From Macrostomum lignano (taxonomy: Eukaryota), in assembly GCA_002269645.1 (NCBI GenBank), contig NIVC01000150.1, forward strand, positions 62,001 to 126,000: a stretch of 64,000 bases of DNA, read 5' to 3'. Position 1 is the first letter of the stretch, and every line of letters starts with the position of its first letter. Positions 19,843 through 33,169 of this stretch are shown here, piece after piece. A model generated the notes under the pieces. It saw only the letters and a program-made list of their open reading frames with translations, had not been told where the DNA came from and searched no databases. The translations under genes and the position numbers were made by a program.

Positions 19843-20512
19843 CCTGACCCTATCCCTGACCCTTATCAGTCCTGACCCTATCCCTGACCCTTGTCAGTCC
19901 TGACCCTATCCCTGACCCTATCCCTGACCCTTACCAGTCCTGACCCTATCCCTGACCCTATCCCTGACCCTTATCAGTCCTGACCCTTATCAGTCCTGAC
20001 CCTTATCAGTCCTGACCCTATCCCTGACCCTTATCAGTCCTGACCCTATCCCTGACCCTTATCAGTCCTGACCCTATCCCTGACCCTTATCAGTCCTGAC
20101 CCTATCCCTGACCCTTATCAGTCCTGACCCTATCCCTAACCCTTATCAGTCCTGACCCTATCCCTGACCCTATCCCTGACCCTTATCAGTCCTGACCCTA
20201 TCCCTGACCCTATCCCTGACCCTTATCAGTCCTGACCCTATCCCTAACCCTTATCAGTCCTGACCCTATCCCTGACCCTATCCCTGACCCTTATCAGTCC
20301 TGACCCTATCCCTGACCCTATCCCTGACCCTATCCCTGATCCTATCCCTGACCCTATCCCTGACCCTTTCCCTGATCTTATCCCTGACCCTATCCCTGAC
20401 CCTATCCTTGACCCTATTCCCTGACCCTATCCCTGACCTATCCCTGACCCTATCCCTGACCTATCCCTGACCCTATCCCCGACCCTATCCCCGACCCTAT
20501 CCTTGACCCTGA
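19843..20512. repeat. CCTGACCCTATC / CCTGACCCTTATCAGT tandem array
   Basis: Mixed 12- and 16-bp units visible directly. Confidence 0.9.
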
Positions 20513-21493
20513 ATCTTTGGCCTTCAAATGCCCCGGCAGTCAAAGCTCCTCACTGATCGTAGGGGGTGTGCAGCGGCCCCGGCTTTCTCATCATGCATTG
20601 TGCTGGGAGCCGCAGGTCAATCAACAAGAATTCCTGTAGTGCAGTTTCTTTCTACGAAATCAAACCTTCAACTACTCCTCCCGACTGTTTTTGAATTCGG
20701 TGTTTTAGGAGAGCTTAGTGTGTTGAATGTTTGTGCATGTCAATTTTAAATTTATTGTCACTATTTTAAATATCAAACTTCTTTGTCTGTTTTTCCAACT
20801 GTTTGTGTTTTCAATTCATTTTGTTTGTAGCATCTCCGGAATTTGCTTTTATTTGTCTGCTTTCATTCGGGCACGTTTCGAGTTTTACAGCACCATTTCA
20901 TTCCAATTTTATTGGCCTCTGTACTGTCCTAGAAGAAGTTCTGTCTGATTTGACGTTATTTTAATGTATTTTTGTTTTGTCAAAAAAGGCATCATTTACT
21001 GCACACTGATAGTGCCCGCCCGTGTGTTTCTTGGATATTAATTACCATGCATACGCTGTTACTGCAGTGTACTACTGCATGTTTAAAGTTTTAACGTACA
21101 TCAAGTTGTTGTTGTTTTACATTTAATCGGATTTTTTTAGTTTCTTCTTGTCGCTTTTGCGTGAGTCTGAGTTTCTTGCCACCATTGTTGTCTTAATTAT
21201 TTTCTGCTTTTTGTTATAACTCTGTGTGCAATATTAATAATCATAATTATTATTATTAGTCCTAGCAACTCTTCTCTCTGTTTTACAATCTTATTAGTCT
21301 TGCCTCTGCCTCTCCGCTACATCAGTCCCAGAGGAGGTTAAGTGACTGGAGTGTTGTGCAGCCCATCTTCACGCCCTGAATTGCCTTCTGTCTGCTCCTT
21401 TCTGCTCCTGTCACGCGCTCGCTTGCTTGCTCGTGTCGGGTTTGCTTCAATTTCCTAGAAAGCGTTGCTGCCTCTTCAGCTCCGCATCCTCTA

Positions 21494-21525
<32 letters not shown>

Positions 21526-21764
21526 CCGTCTCGATTCCCGCCACTTGGAAAAAAAGTGCAAGAGAACGCCTTTTATCTGTCAAAACAATTTTTCTGTGGA
21601 AAATTGCTGCTTTTTCAACACCCAGCCCGTCTGGAATTCTATTGTAGTTTTATTTGACAGCATCATTTTCACTGATTGATTTTGATTTATTGGAGTTTTT
21701 ATTCTTGCCTATCAGGGCTTTCATTCGAGAGGTAATTTAGGCAGTTTCTCTTCGGATGGATTCC

Positions 21765-22195
21765 TAGAGGGGAATTTAGAGCAGTTTCTACTGGGATAGA
21801 TTCCTATAGAGAGGAATTTAAAGCAGTCTCTACTGGGATAGATTCCCCTAGAGGAGAATTTAGGGCAGTCTCTACTGGGATAGATTCCCCTAGAGGAGAA
21901 TTTAGGGCAGTCTCTACTGGGATAGATTCCCCTAGAGGAGAATTTAGGGCAGTCTCTACTGGGATAGATTCCCCTAGAGGAGAATTTAGGGCAGTCTCTG
22001 CTGGGATAGATTCCCCTAGAGGAGAATTTAGGGCAGTCTCTACTGGGATAGATTCCCCTAGAGGGGAATTTAGGGCAGTCTCTACTGGGATAGATTCCCC
22101 TAGAGAAGAACTTAGGGCAGTCTCTACTGGGATAGATTCCCCTAGAGGAGAATTTAGGGCAGTCTCTACTGGGATAGATTTCTCCAGAGGGAATT
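21765..22195. repeat. 42-bp minisatellite
   Basis: GGGCAGTCTCTACTGGGATAGATTCCCCTAGAGGAGAATTTA repeated about 10 times. Confidence 0.9.
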
Positions 22196-22679
22196 TGTTT
22201 ATGTCAGTTTTCCAGGACTTCATTAAGATGGGATTCAGGAGTACTTCTCCTAGTCCTAAGGGGGAACTCGTAACTGTAAAACAAGTTTCTTCAATAAGAA
22301 CAGGTTTGCTGTGTCCACTCTGTACTTGGTGTCGTATGTCTGCTTTTATTTGTAGCACGTCTGTTCGAGATTTGTTTCAGTCAGTCACGCGTCTTTGTGA
22401 TTAGCCAATGCTTTAATAGTTACAGCACTACAGCTGCACAGTGAATTACATTCGTGTCTCTGTGATATCTATCTATAAGATAGCTAGCTATCAGCGTCCA
22501 AAATAAGTATTTTGTTGGCCGTTTTGTGACTGTCGCTAAATTGAAAAAAAGATATTTTCTTGTTTCAGCTCGCTTCTTTTCTTCTTTTTTAGAAACTCGC
22601 ACAAAATTACTAGCGGTTTTGTAGGAAACTCGTGATAGCATATCGTGCGAATATCGTTGGAGTCTGGTGACAGCATTGA

Positions 22680-23985
22680 AACTTCATAAGTTTGAGTCTT
22701 CATAATGCAATCTCAAAGCTTCATAATGCAATCTCGAGACTTCATAATGCAATCTCGAAGCTTCATAATGTAAGCTGGAAACTTCATAATGCAAGCTCGA
22801 ATCTTCACAATGTAAGCTCGAATCTTCATAATTTAAGCTCGAATCTTCACAATGTAAGCTCGAATCTTCATAATGTAAGCTCGAATCTTCACAATGTAAG
22901 CTCGAAACTTCATAATGCAATCTCGAATCTTCATAATGCATTCTCGAATCTTCACAATGTAAGCTCGAATCTCCATAATGTAAGCTCGAATCTTCACAAT
23001 GTAAGCTCGAATCTTCATAATGTAAGCTCGAATCTTCACAATGTAAGCTCGAATCTTCATAATGTAAGCTCGAATCTTCATAATGTAAGCTGGAAACTTC
23101 ATAATGCAAGCTCGAATCTTCATAATGTAAGCTCGAATCTTCATAATTTAAGCTCGAAACTTCATAATGCAATCTCGAATCTTCATAATGCAATCTCGAA
23201 TCTTCACAATGTAAGCTCGAATCTTCATAATGTAAGCTCGAATCTTCACAATGTAAGCTCGAATCTTCATAATGTAAGCTCGAATCTTCACAATGTAAGC
23301 TCGAATCTTCATAATGTAAGCTCGAAACTTCATAATGTAAGCTCGAAACTTCATAATGTAAGCTCGAATCTTCATAATGTAAGCTCGAAACTTGAAAAAA
23401 TGTGAGCTCGAAACTTCATAATGTAAGCTCGAAACTTCATAATGTAAGCTCGAATCTTCACAATGTAAGCTCGAAACTTCATAATGCAATCTCGAATCTT
23501 CATAATGCAATCTCGAATCTTCACAATGTAAGCTCGAATCTTCATAATGCAATCTCGAATCTTCACAATGTACATGTAAGCTCAAATTTTCACAATTTAA
23601 GCTCGAATCTTCACAATGTAAGCTCGAATCTTCATAATTTAAGAAAATTTCTTCAAATTGTAAGCTCTAATCTTCATAATGTAAGCTCGAATCTTCACAA
23701 TGTAAGCTTGAATCTTCACAATGTAAGCTCGAATCTTCATAATGTAAGCTCGAATCTTCACAATGTAAGCTCGAATCTTCATAATGTAAGCTCGAAACTT
23801 GAAAAAAATGTGAGCTCGAAACTTCATAATGTAAGCTGGAAACTTCATAATGTAAGCTCGAATCTTCATAATGTAAGCTCGCAACTTCATAATGTAAGCT
23901 GGAAACTTTATAATGTAAGCTGGAAACTTCATAATGTAAGCTCGAATCTTCATAATGTAAGCTCGAAACTTTGTATGTAAGTTCG
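22680..23985. repeat. 21-bp minisatellite
   Basis: AATGTAAGCTCGAATCTTCAT/C repeated dozens of times. Confidence 0.92.
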
Positions 23986-24589
23986 AAAGCAACCTTTACT
24001 TGCCATATTATGGCTCCTCCAGAGGAGACTTAACGTGAGAAGACTACTGCATGAGCACAGATTTTTCATACGTTTGTTTCCTTAGGTTCGAAGCAACAAA
24101 AATAGCAGAGCAGCAGCTGAAAGAGCCTGTTCGACTCTTCGAGGAGAAACACAGGGGAGCAGCTGACGCCTTGCTGCTTCCCTTCTCCCTGCTCTTCCCG
24201 CCTCTAATCGTGCAGTCTCTGCAATCATCCTCCCCTGCTGCTCTGCGATGCTGTTCCCCACTAGTAGAAATTTTGTTTTCGAGAGCTCAAGCGAAACGGA
24301 GCGACAAGTAAAGCATTTGGGGGCAGAAATTTGAGGCTGAGTCATGCATGCAGCAATTAGCAGTGCACAGGTGCAGCGGTTGGGATCTGTCTAGCAATTT
24401 TGCTTGGCAATAAAGGTATTTACTAATCTATGTTCTCGCCTCGGTCTATCATGTCCAAAATTGTGCCGATGATAGACTGTATAACAAATATTTTAACTGT
24501 TTTTTTACATTTTAACTGTCTAGAAATGTAGTCACATGCAATGTAATGTAATACATGTACATGTAGGTATAGTCACAGAATGCTCATCT

Positions 24590-25395
24590 GGGATTTCCCA
24601 GAGCTACTGAATGTATATCTTGGATTCCCCTATCTTCTACCTGAATGTAAATCTGGGATTTCACATAGCTACTGAATGTACATCTTGATTCACCATAGCT
24701 ACTGAATGTAAATCAGGGATTCTCCTATATTCTACCTGAATGAAAATCTGGATTTCACATAGCTACTGAAGGTACATCTGGATTTCCTAGAGCTACTGAA
24801 TGCATATCTGGGATTCCCCTATCTTCTACCTGAATGAAAATTTGGATTTCACATAGCTACTGAATGTACATCTGGATTTACCATAGCTACTGAATGTACA
24901 TCTGGATTTACCATAGCTACTGAAGCTGGGATTTCTGAAATCTGGAATTTGAAGCTGGGAATTTGAATTGGATTGAATTGGAATTTGAATTCTGAAATCT
25001 GGAAATCTGAAATACTGAAGCTGGGAGCTGAAATCTGGATTTACCATAGCTACTGAATGTACATCTGGATTTACCATAGCTACTGAATGTACATCTGGAT
25101 TTACCATAGCTACTGAATGTACATCTGGGATTACCATAGCTACTGAATGTACATCTGGGATTACCATAGCTACTGAATGTACATCTGGATTTACCATAGC
25201 TACTGAATGTACATCTGGATTTACCATAGCTACTGAATGTACATCTGAGAATTCCCGTAGCTACTGAATGTACATCTGGGATTACCATAGCTACTGAATG
25301 TACATCTGGATTTACCATAGCTACTGAATGTACATCTGGATTTACCATAGCTACTGAATGTACATCTGAGAATTCCCGTAGCTACTGAATGTACA
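24590..25395. repeat. 30-bp minisatellite
   Basis: TACATCTGGATTTACCATAGCTACTGAATG units. Confidence 0.9.
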
Positions 25396-26149
25396 AATTG
25401 ATGCGGGATTCCTATGGTTACAGTGCATAAAATAGGATTTTCCATGGCTAACGGATGTACATCGGTTGTACACATGAGATTCCCTTACTCCAGTGTCATT
25501 AATCAAAGGAAAAGCCAGGAGCAAATGGTACACAGTGTTTGCATCTAAACAGGGTAATTAATCTATTTGCAAAAATGATCCGAGCACAAATAATTAACTC
25601 CGTGTGAAAGATAGATTTAAATACAATTCATATTTCGAAACAGACTGCCCGCTAAAGTACATCTTAGCTAGCAAATTAAATTTGGCATTATGCAAAATTG
25701 CAAAAAATCAATCAGCGGCTTAAAAATAATAATACATAATGATTTTAGAGTGCTCCTAGGATTAAAAATATAATCATCAGTAAATAATAGGCAGAGGAGG
25801 GCAAGCGTTGTGTCTCGAGTATAAAAACCGGTTCGCTTGAATGAATATTGCAAGTTTTGAAGTTTATGGATACAATAAATACAATAATCTAGCATATACA
25901 CTGATATACCTGCTGCTAGCGCACACACCTGGCTTACACCTGGAAATCAAATATAATACATGGTTGGGTCTCGGTAGCAGGTGACACTGATATGATCGCG
26001 TATTGTACTGACCAGATTGCTTAAATATAAATCAATCAGGGCCAATTGGGGCTCTAGTAAGATTACTCGCAAGTTGATAGTAACTGAGAATACTGGTGCT
26101 TAGTCTCATCTTTGACGTTTAATTTTTTATCGTGTTCTGATTTGATAAC

Positions 26150-26545
26150 TAAATCTCACCCATGAGATCTAATTCCAAATCAATTCTTACCCATGAGATC
26201 TAATTCAATTTAAATCTCACCCATGAGAACTATAAATCAATCTAAATATCACCCATGAGATCTAATTCAAAATCAATTCTCACCCATGAGAACTGATTCA
26301 ATTTAAATCTCACCCATGAGAACTAATTCAATACAAATCTCACCCATGAGATCGAATTCAATTTAAATCTCACCCATGAGAACTAATTCAATACAAATCT
26401 CACCCATGAGATCGAATTCAATTTAAATCTCACCCATGAGAACTAATTCAAAACAAATCTCACCCATGAGATCAAATTCAATACAAATCTCACCTATGAG
26501 ATCAAATTCAATACAAATCTCACCTATGAGATCGATTTCAATATA
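26150..26545. repeat. ~30-bp minisatellite
   Basis: TCTCACCCATGAGAACTAATTCAATACAAA-like units. Confidence 0.88.
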
Positions 26546-27321
26546 AAACTCATTGGCAAGAACTAGTTTAACTCAAATCTTAAATACGTCCCAGATCTGT
26601 ATGAGATTAAGTCTAGGGAATCGACATAGCATCGACATACCATGAGGTGACATTATGTGTTCAGAGTGAAGCCTTATAAGACTATGAAAAGCCATTATGA
26701 ATATGAATGGCCTGATGAATTTAAAATAAAAAACTTTTAAATTGTAAATAACAGCTTGGAGCAAATTAAAAAAAGAAAGCAGCATCAATCTACTTGAGTA
26801 GCACAGAGCGCATGAAACATTATAATTATTGGCTAATCATACTGTATTGCAAGTGAGGGACAGTGATCTCTGACCCCAATTTAGAATTAATAATTAATCG
26901 AAGGCAAAGTTAAACAAAGCAAAAAAAACTCTGACGCAAAAAACCTGACACTATTGTGAAGCCTTTGAAATATTTTCTATCAACAAAAAACCAAGGAAGC
27001 ACTTATAGTAGTATACATTACGAGTAGATAAATGTTGAAATGAAAACGATTTAAATGTAAAAAAAAGATTCGCCATACTCTACTACTAGATGTTCAGCAA
27101 CTAAGTAATACAACAGATACATTTAGCAAAAATATGATCAACTTACTATTTAAGAAAAATATCTAAAACAAAATCATTGCCCACACTACGCTACTGAGTG
27201 GAGAATCGAGCAAGTAGTGCAGTTTGAGCATGATTTGTATAAAAAGGGACGAAAAATGTTGGTAAAATTTCACCCCCTGAATAATCAAAGAATTACTTAA
27301 ATGAATCATTTTAATTGCTGA

Positions 27322-29077
27322 TCAGTCACTGTCGCATTCCGATGTTGAAGAACCGTCGGTTGAAGCCGCCACCACTGCGGGAGCGGCGGCGGCTTCGACA
27401 GGGGCAGCGTCAGCCTCGGAGTCTCCAATGGAGCCGCCGCTAAGCAAGCTGGTGTAGCAACTCGAACAGATCCGCTGAGGCTTCTTACTCTGAGCAGGCA
27501 GCAGCCACTTCCTGTTGGAGCACGACTGGCACACCAGGTGGCCGCAGCGACGGCAGTGGTGCTGAGGATAGACAGGGCCAGGTGCCAGACTCCGGTGGGA
27601 TTTTGGGGGAGAGGATTATGGGTGGGTAGGGAGAGGATTCAGGGTGGGTAGGGAGAGGCTTCAGGGTGGGTAGGGAGAGGATTCAGGGTGGGTAGGGAGA
27701 GGCTTCAGGGTGGGTAGGGAGAGGATTCAGGGTGGGTAGGGAGAGGCTTCAGGGTGGGTAGGGAGAGGATTCAGGGTGGGTAGGGAGAGGATTTAGGGTG
27801 GGTAGGGAGAGGATTCAGGGTGGGTAGGGAGAGGATTTAGGGTGGGTAGGGAGAGGATTCAGGGTGGGTAGGGAGAGGATTCAGGGTGGGTAGGGAGAGG
27901 ATTCAGGGTGGGTAGGGAGAGGATTCAATGTGGGTAGGGAGAGGATTTAGGGTGGGTAGGGAGAGGATTCAGGGTGGGTAGGGAGAGGATTCAGGGTGGG
28001 TAGGGAGAGGATTCAGGGTGGGTAGGGAGAGGATTCAGGGTTAGTAGGGAGTGGATTCAAGGTGGGTAGGGAGAGGATTCAGGGTGGGTAGGGAGAGGAT
28101 TCAGGGTGGGTAGGGAGAGGATTCAGGGTGGGTAGGGAGAGGATTCATTGTGGGTAGGGAGAGCATTCAGGGTGGGTAGGGAGAGGATTCCGGGTTAGTA
28201 GGGAGTGGATTCAATGTGGGTAGGGAGAGGATTTAGGGTGGCTAAGAGGATTAACAATACAGCGAGCTTGTGCCGATAAGAAAGCGAATTAGTGTGGCAA
28301 GCAATCGGTTCCCCCATCCCCAGCTGACTCACCCGCCTGTTAATGACGGTAAAAGAAGCGGAGCAGAGCATGCATTTCTGCTGAGCCTTGTCCGGGATCC
28401 AGACTGGCGCTACTTCGGCAGCTGAGGCAGCTTGAGCCACGTCCCTGTGCTCTGTGCAGTCCTTGGCGTACTTGTTGATGTACTCTACCCACTTGGACGC
28501 CTCCAGCGAAGTGTTAGTGTACACTGTGAACGACTTCTTTGGCGAGATCACCTGCGGCATTGAGAAAGAGCGAGATAAGAGCTGGAAAAGATAAGCCGCC
28601 TGCAGAAGCATAACAGATTTGAAGCTTGAAATATGACTTGGGTCAAATGTTCTCACGGGTTGAAAAGCATTTACCCTAGCATACCGGAATGTGAAAATGC
28701 TATGCTAAACACAATCTAGAATTGTTGGCCATGTAGGTTTTGAGTGGAATGCAAAGGGAAGGAGAAAGTGGTAGGATTGATAGAGATAAACAGAAAGACA
28801 GAAAGAGACAGACAGACACTAAGACAGACAGACAGACACTTAGACAGAGAGACAGACAGACACTAAGATAGACAGACACTAAGACAGACAGACAGACAGG
28901 CAAACAGACAGACAGACAGAGAGACGGACAGACACTTAGACAGACAGACAGACACTAAGACAGACAGACAGACACTAAGACAGACAGACAGACACTAAGA
29001 CAGACAGACAGACAGGCAAACAGACAGACAGACAGACAGACAGAGAGACAGACAGACAGGCAAACAGACAGACAGAC

Positions 29078-29110
<33 letters not shown>

Positions 29111-29522
29111 GGCAAACAGACAGACACACGGACAGACCTGAAAACCTTTCTCCTCCTGCGTAAGCTGGGCCCGAACATCGTCCAGCTCGATGATCTGCTG
29201 CTTGGTGTACTTCTTCTTACTGATAACAATGTTGCCGTACACCAGCAGGTCGTTAAACAGAAAGAATTGTCGTTTTTTAGGCCGCTTGCGGCACACCTTG
29301 AGCAGGACGCCCTCAGCGATGAGCACTCGGCCAGTGCGCAGCAGCGGAATGCCGCTGTCGCCAAAGCACTGCTCGATGGTGCTGATGCGGGACACATTCA
29401 GGTCACTGGTTGCTAAGGTGAAAAGTTAACAAAAAATGCTTTCCACAGGAATCTATCCGAGATTAAAACGTATTTTCATAAGGATAAAACTTACAGAGTC
29501 TGAACAAATTGGCTGACGACAT
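27322..29522 (-). CDS. PLEKHF2: Phafin2-like PH + FYVE domain protein (4 coding exons)
   Basis: Exons 29522-29495, 29412-29138, 28551-28333 and 27561-27322 join in frame with GT/AG. Motifs: [10 protein letters not shown]...[16 protein letters not shown]...[11 protein letters not shown] (PH); WIPD...CMLC...[15 protein letters not shown] (FYVE). Confidence 0.93.
27615..28245. repeat. 22-bp G-rich intronic minisatellite
   Basis: GGGTGGGTAGGGAGAGGATTCA units inside PLEKHF2 intron 3. Confidence 0.92.
28790..29135. repeat. (AGAC)n microsatellite
   Basis: Begins immediately after the exon-2 donor of PLEKHF2. Confidence 0.9.
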
Positions 29523-30601
29523 TTCCAAGCACAGTCAGCCCAGCTGAAGTTAGCTGAATAGATAAAAATTCACTATGAATAAAATAAATACTAAGGCAAT
29601 TTTCCAACTAATGTAGAAAACAGTTAAACAGAAAACAGAAAACTATTAGATATCTAACTTGCTGTTGGCTAAGTATAGTCAACAGCAATGGGGTTATTAT
29701 AGTAAAAAATAAGAAAATAAAAGATCAAATAACCTATGGCCTTTTCTAGAAAATTTGCAGTTTTCCCTTAAAAGTTTTGATGCTGACTTTCAAGTAGTCT
29801 AGGAGGAGATATGCAACAAACTGACAAACAAACATTTGTGGAAGACCTTTATTTTACACAAAAAATCTAACTTTCTATGCAATTTCAAATCTGTGTGTTT
29901 CTAAGAAAAATGTTTTGTTTGAATGCTTCTAATTTCTAAAATATTTTTGTAACTATTATTTGTTTAAAACAATTCTAAAAATTAGTATAAATAGACTCAA
30001 TTTTGGGTGAGGAGAAGAAATTTCATTTTGAGCTTTCAATCCTATTTTAAACCCTACTAGCTAACTGAGCAAATTTGTATAGTGAGTTCCAAATAAATGT
30101 TTGAGAATTGATTCCAACTTAGTTAATTTTCTAACAGTGAAGTAGAAAGAGCATATACCAAGTGAAATGCTAAGTAGTTTTAGTTTTTCTAGTTTCTAGT
30201 TTTTTTAGTTTTAATTGTAGAAAAAGAATATACAAAAAGAATACACAATAAAAAGAGTACTGTATTACTAAAAAAGCACTACATTAATTCAAACTATATT
30301 GAAACTAAAATAATATTTATATATATATATCGAATTGAGCAACTTATATATATGTATATATATAAAGCTATATATATATTATAATAGCTATACCATAGTT
30401 TGGAAAGTGAAATGTATGCCCAAAAACCTAATTTTGCACCCCATAAACTAGATTTTTTTGCCTCTAAACACCTTTTTTATACTCTTAAGCTTGATTTTTT
30501 GCCCCTTATTTGCAATTTTTATGCCTCTTAGCTTAAAAATTGGTGCCCTTTATACTCGTGTTGGTGCCCCAAACTTGGATGGCTCTTCCTAAAATGAAAC
30601 T

Positions 30602-32405
30602 ATAGTGACCTTTGCGAAAGTTTAATGCATTATAAATTATATTTATTTCTAGAAATTTCCTTGTAGAGTACAAATTAAATTCCAGAAAGTTCTCTTATAC
30701 AATAACTAATCTCAATACTTACATTTATAAATATTCAATGTATAATTTATTATAGTAAGGCAGTACTACAATTAATACAAATCTAATAGGAATCAATAAT
30801 TAATATTTGTTTTATTATAATGCTTAGAATGTTCTAGAAGTTTCCAGCGATGCTCCTGATGGCTATAAATAAATGGTGCCAACTGCAAATAATCTTTGCT
30901 TTTCTTTACTTCTTATTCCACTGTCTTTTAACCAAATAAAATAAGAACCACCACCTAGCTCTTTTCCTTTCATTAATTTACATTAAATCTGTATAACTGG
31001 TCCAGTGAGATGCCATCAGAATCTTGGATTGGGTTGCACATACCCCACTAGCAACACAGCATCATGGAGCATCAACATTACTTTAAATAATTAGCCAGCA
31101 TCAACACCATTGCCTCCATTGTCATAGCCATCAACACAAGAAGCATCGTTATATCCAAGCACATCACCACCATTGTCATCAACAGGTCAAATAATCCAAC
31201 ACCAACTGAAGAAGTTATCACCATGCACCTATTGCCAAATTTCTTCCATAGTACAACAGGACTCTATCAATGACCGACTTCTAACATGCCAAGATGGGCT
31301 AACCAAGGCTGTTCTACAGAGTTCCATGTGCATCAGCAATCTAGTATCACCCTGTATTTTCCTCCAGTAGCTACCATCTGAAAGTCTGGCTAGCATCATC
31401 AGGAAGTCATCATTGCAGAGACCTTCCATGGGGTTAACAACAACTCAATGATGCGACATGGCTAGTCAACTCATTTCCATTGCATATTCTAGCCTGCACA
31501 TGCACCCCTCTGCACTGCCCCAGCCACAGAGTGATTACCTGCCTCACATTCTGTGGCGCTTTGTTTGGGAGTCATCTGTCTGTACTGTGGCATTCTCTGT
31601 AGGTTGCACTAGCCCAAGTGACTATCCGCCATTCTGGAACATTGCAGGAGGATGCATGAGTGGACCGGCCACCTATTTGTGTATCTAATAAAGCACAACC
31701 AATGTCAGCCATTCAGCCAATACTATAGCAGCATCCATCTTGTGCGCTTCCCTGGTTCTCTCTGCCATAGAGCGATAGCCCACTTATAGTAGTCTGATGC
31801 ACCTTGTCTAGGGTGTCACCTATTGGTATTGGCATCCTTACCGGGAGTCATGCTACCAGGAGTATTGGTCGAGGACGTGAGCAGATCAGGCATTGCAGCA
31901 TCCACCAGACTTTCATCATCCTATCAAACATTAGCTAACCATATCTCCATATGCCAGCTAATGCATATCCAATCCTATTGACTATTGCCAAAGTTTTCAT
32001 AGGAACTCTGTCTTCCATAGAACTGTTGTAGTGACCTTTGAGAAAGTTTGATGCATTATGAATTATATTTGTTTCTAGAAATTTCCCCATAGAGTACAAA
32101 TTAAATTCCAGAAAGTTCTTTTATACATTAACTTATTTCAATACTTGCATTATAAATATTCAATGTATAATTTATTATAATAATGCAGTACTAAAATTAA
32201 TACAAATCGAATAGGAATCAATAATTAATATTTGCTTTGTTATAATGCTTAGAATATTCTAGAAGTTTCTAGCAATGCTCCTAATGACTATAAATAAACG
32301 GTGCCAACCACAGATAATCTTTGCTTTGCCTTACTTCTTACTCCACTGTCTTAACCAAATAAAATAAGAACCAACACCTAGCTCTTTTCCTTCCCTTAAT
32401 TTACA
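30602..32405. repeat. Pair of ~390-bp direct repeats (30602-30990, 32008-32405) flanking ~1 kb of distinct sequence
   Basis: TAGTGACCTTTG...TACATTAAAT segments align with scattered substitutions. Confidence 0.75.
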
Positions 32406-33169
32406 TTAAATTCCTACAAAACTCTAGATTTGCCATTGTATATATATATAATTTATTAAATAGCTAAGAAGAAGCATCAAGATAATTTTCAAATCTCATT
32501 GTATTTAAAAAATATTAAATTTAAAATAATTTGCAAATTCAATAGGCCTATTGCTTAAACCAATAAAAAAGTCTGATTCATATATAGTTTTAATTATGGC
32601 CTATTTGTTTTATGGTATCTAAACTTTTGGACTTCTTGAACTTTAGGTAGATAAAATAGTTGCAGATTTGATAAGATCATAATTTTGTCTCTACAGGGTT
32701 TTTTTTATGGTGCTGATTTCAAATTTGAGCATAATTTTTTTGTAGCTTAAAGCAAACCACTGGGACATGGGGAATGGGGGGGTTTTAGAGTGGGGAGAAT
32801 CTTCATGGGAATTGATTTTATCTACTTAAACTTCAATAAAGGCATGGGGATCTATTGAAGATTAGGTAGGTAAATTCTGAACCCAGGGGGGGGGTCTGAT
32901 TAGGGGGGGTCTAACAAGGGGGGGGGGTGGGCTAATAACTACCAACCACTGGGACATGGGAAATGGGGGGTTTTAGGGTGGGGAAAACCTTCATGGGGAT
33001 TGATTTTACCTACCTAAACTTCAATAGAGGCATGGGGATCTATTGAAGATTAGGTAGGTAAATTCTAAACCTAAGGGAGGTCTAATGAGGGGGGTTGGGC
33101 CAATATAAATAAATAAATATAGCCTCTAAATACCACCAACCATTAGGACATAGGGAATGGGGGTTTAGA

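Noticed and set aside
24051-24311. Possible exon (FEATKIAEQQLKEPVRLFEEK...)
   Set aside because: An acceptor is present but there is no partner exon or recognisable domain.
21804-25533. Repetitive ORFs (SPLGESIPVETALN, NVSSNLH, VNPDVHSVAM)
   Set aside because: Translations of minisatellites whose unit length is a multiple of three; open in several frames and on both strands.
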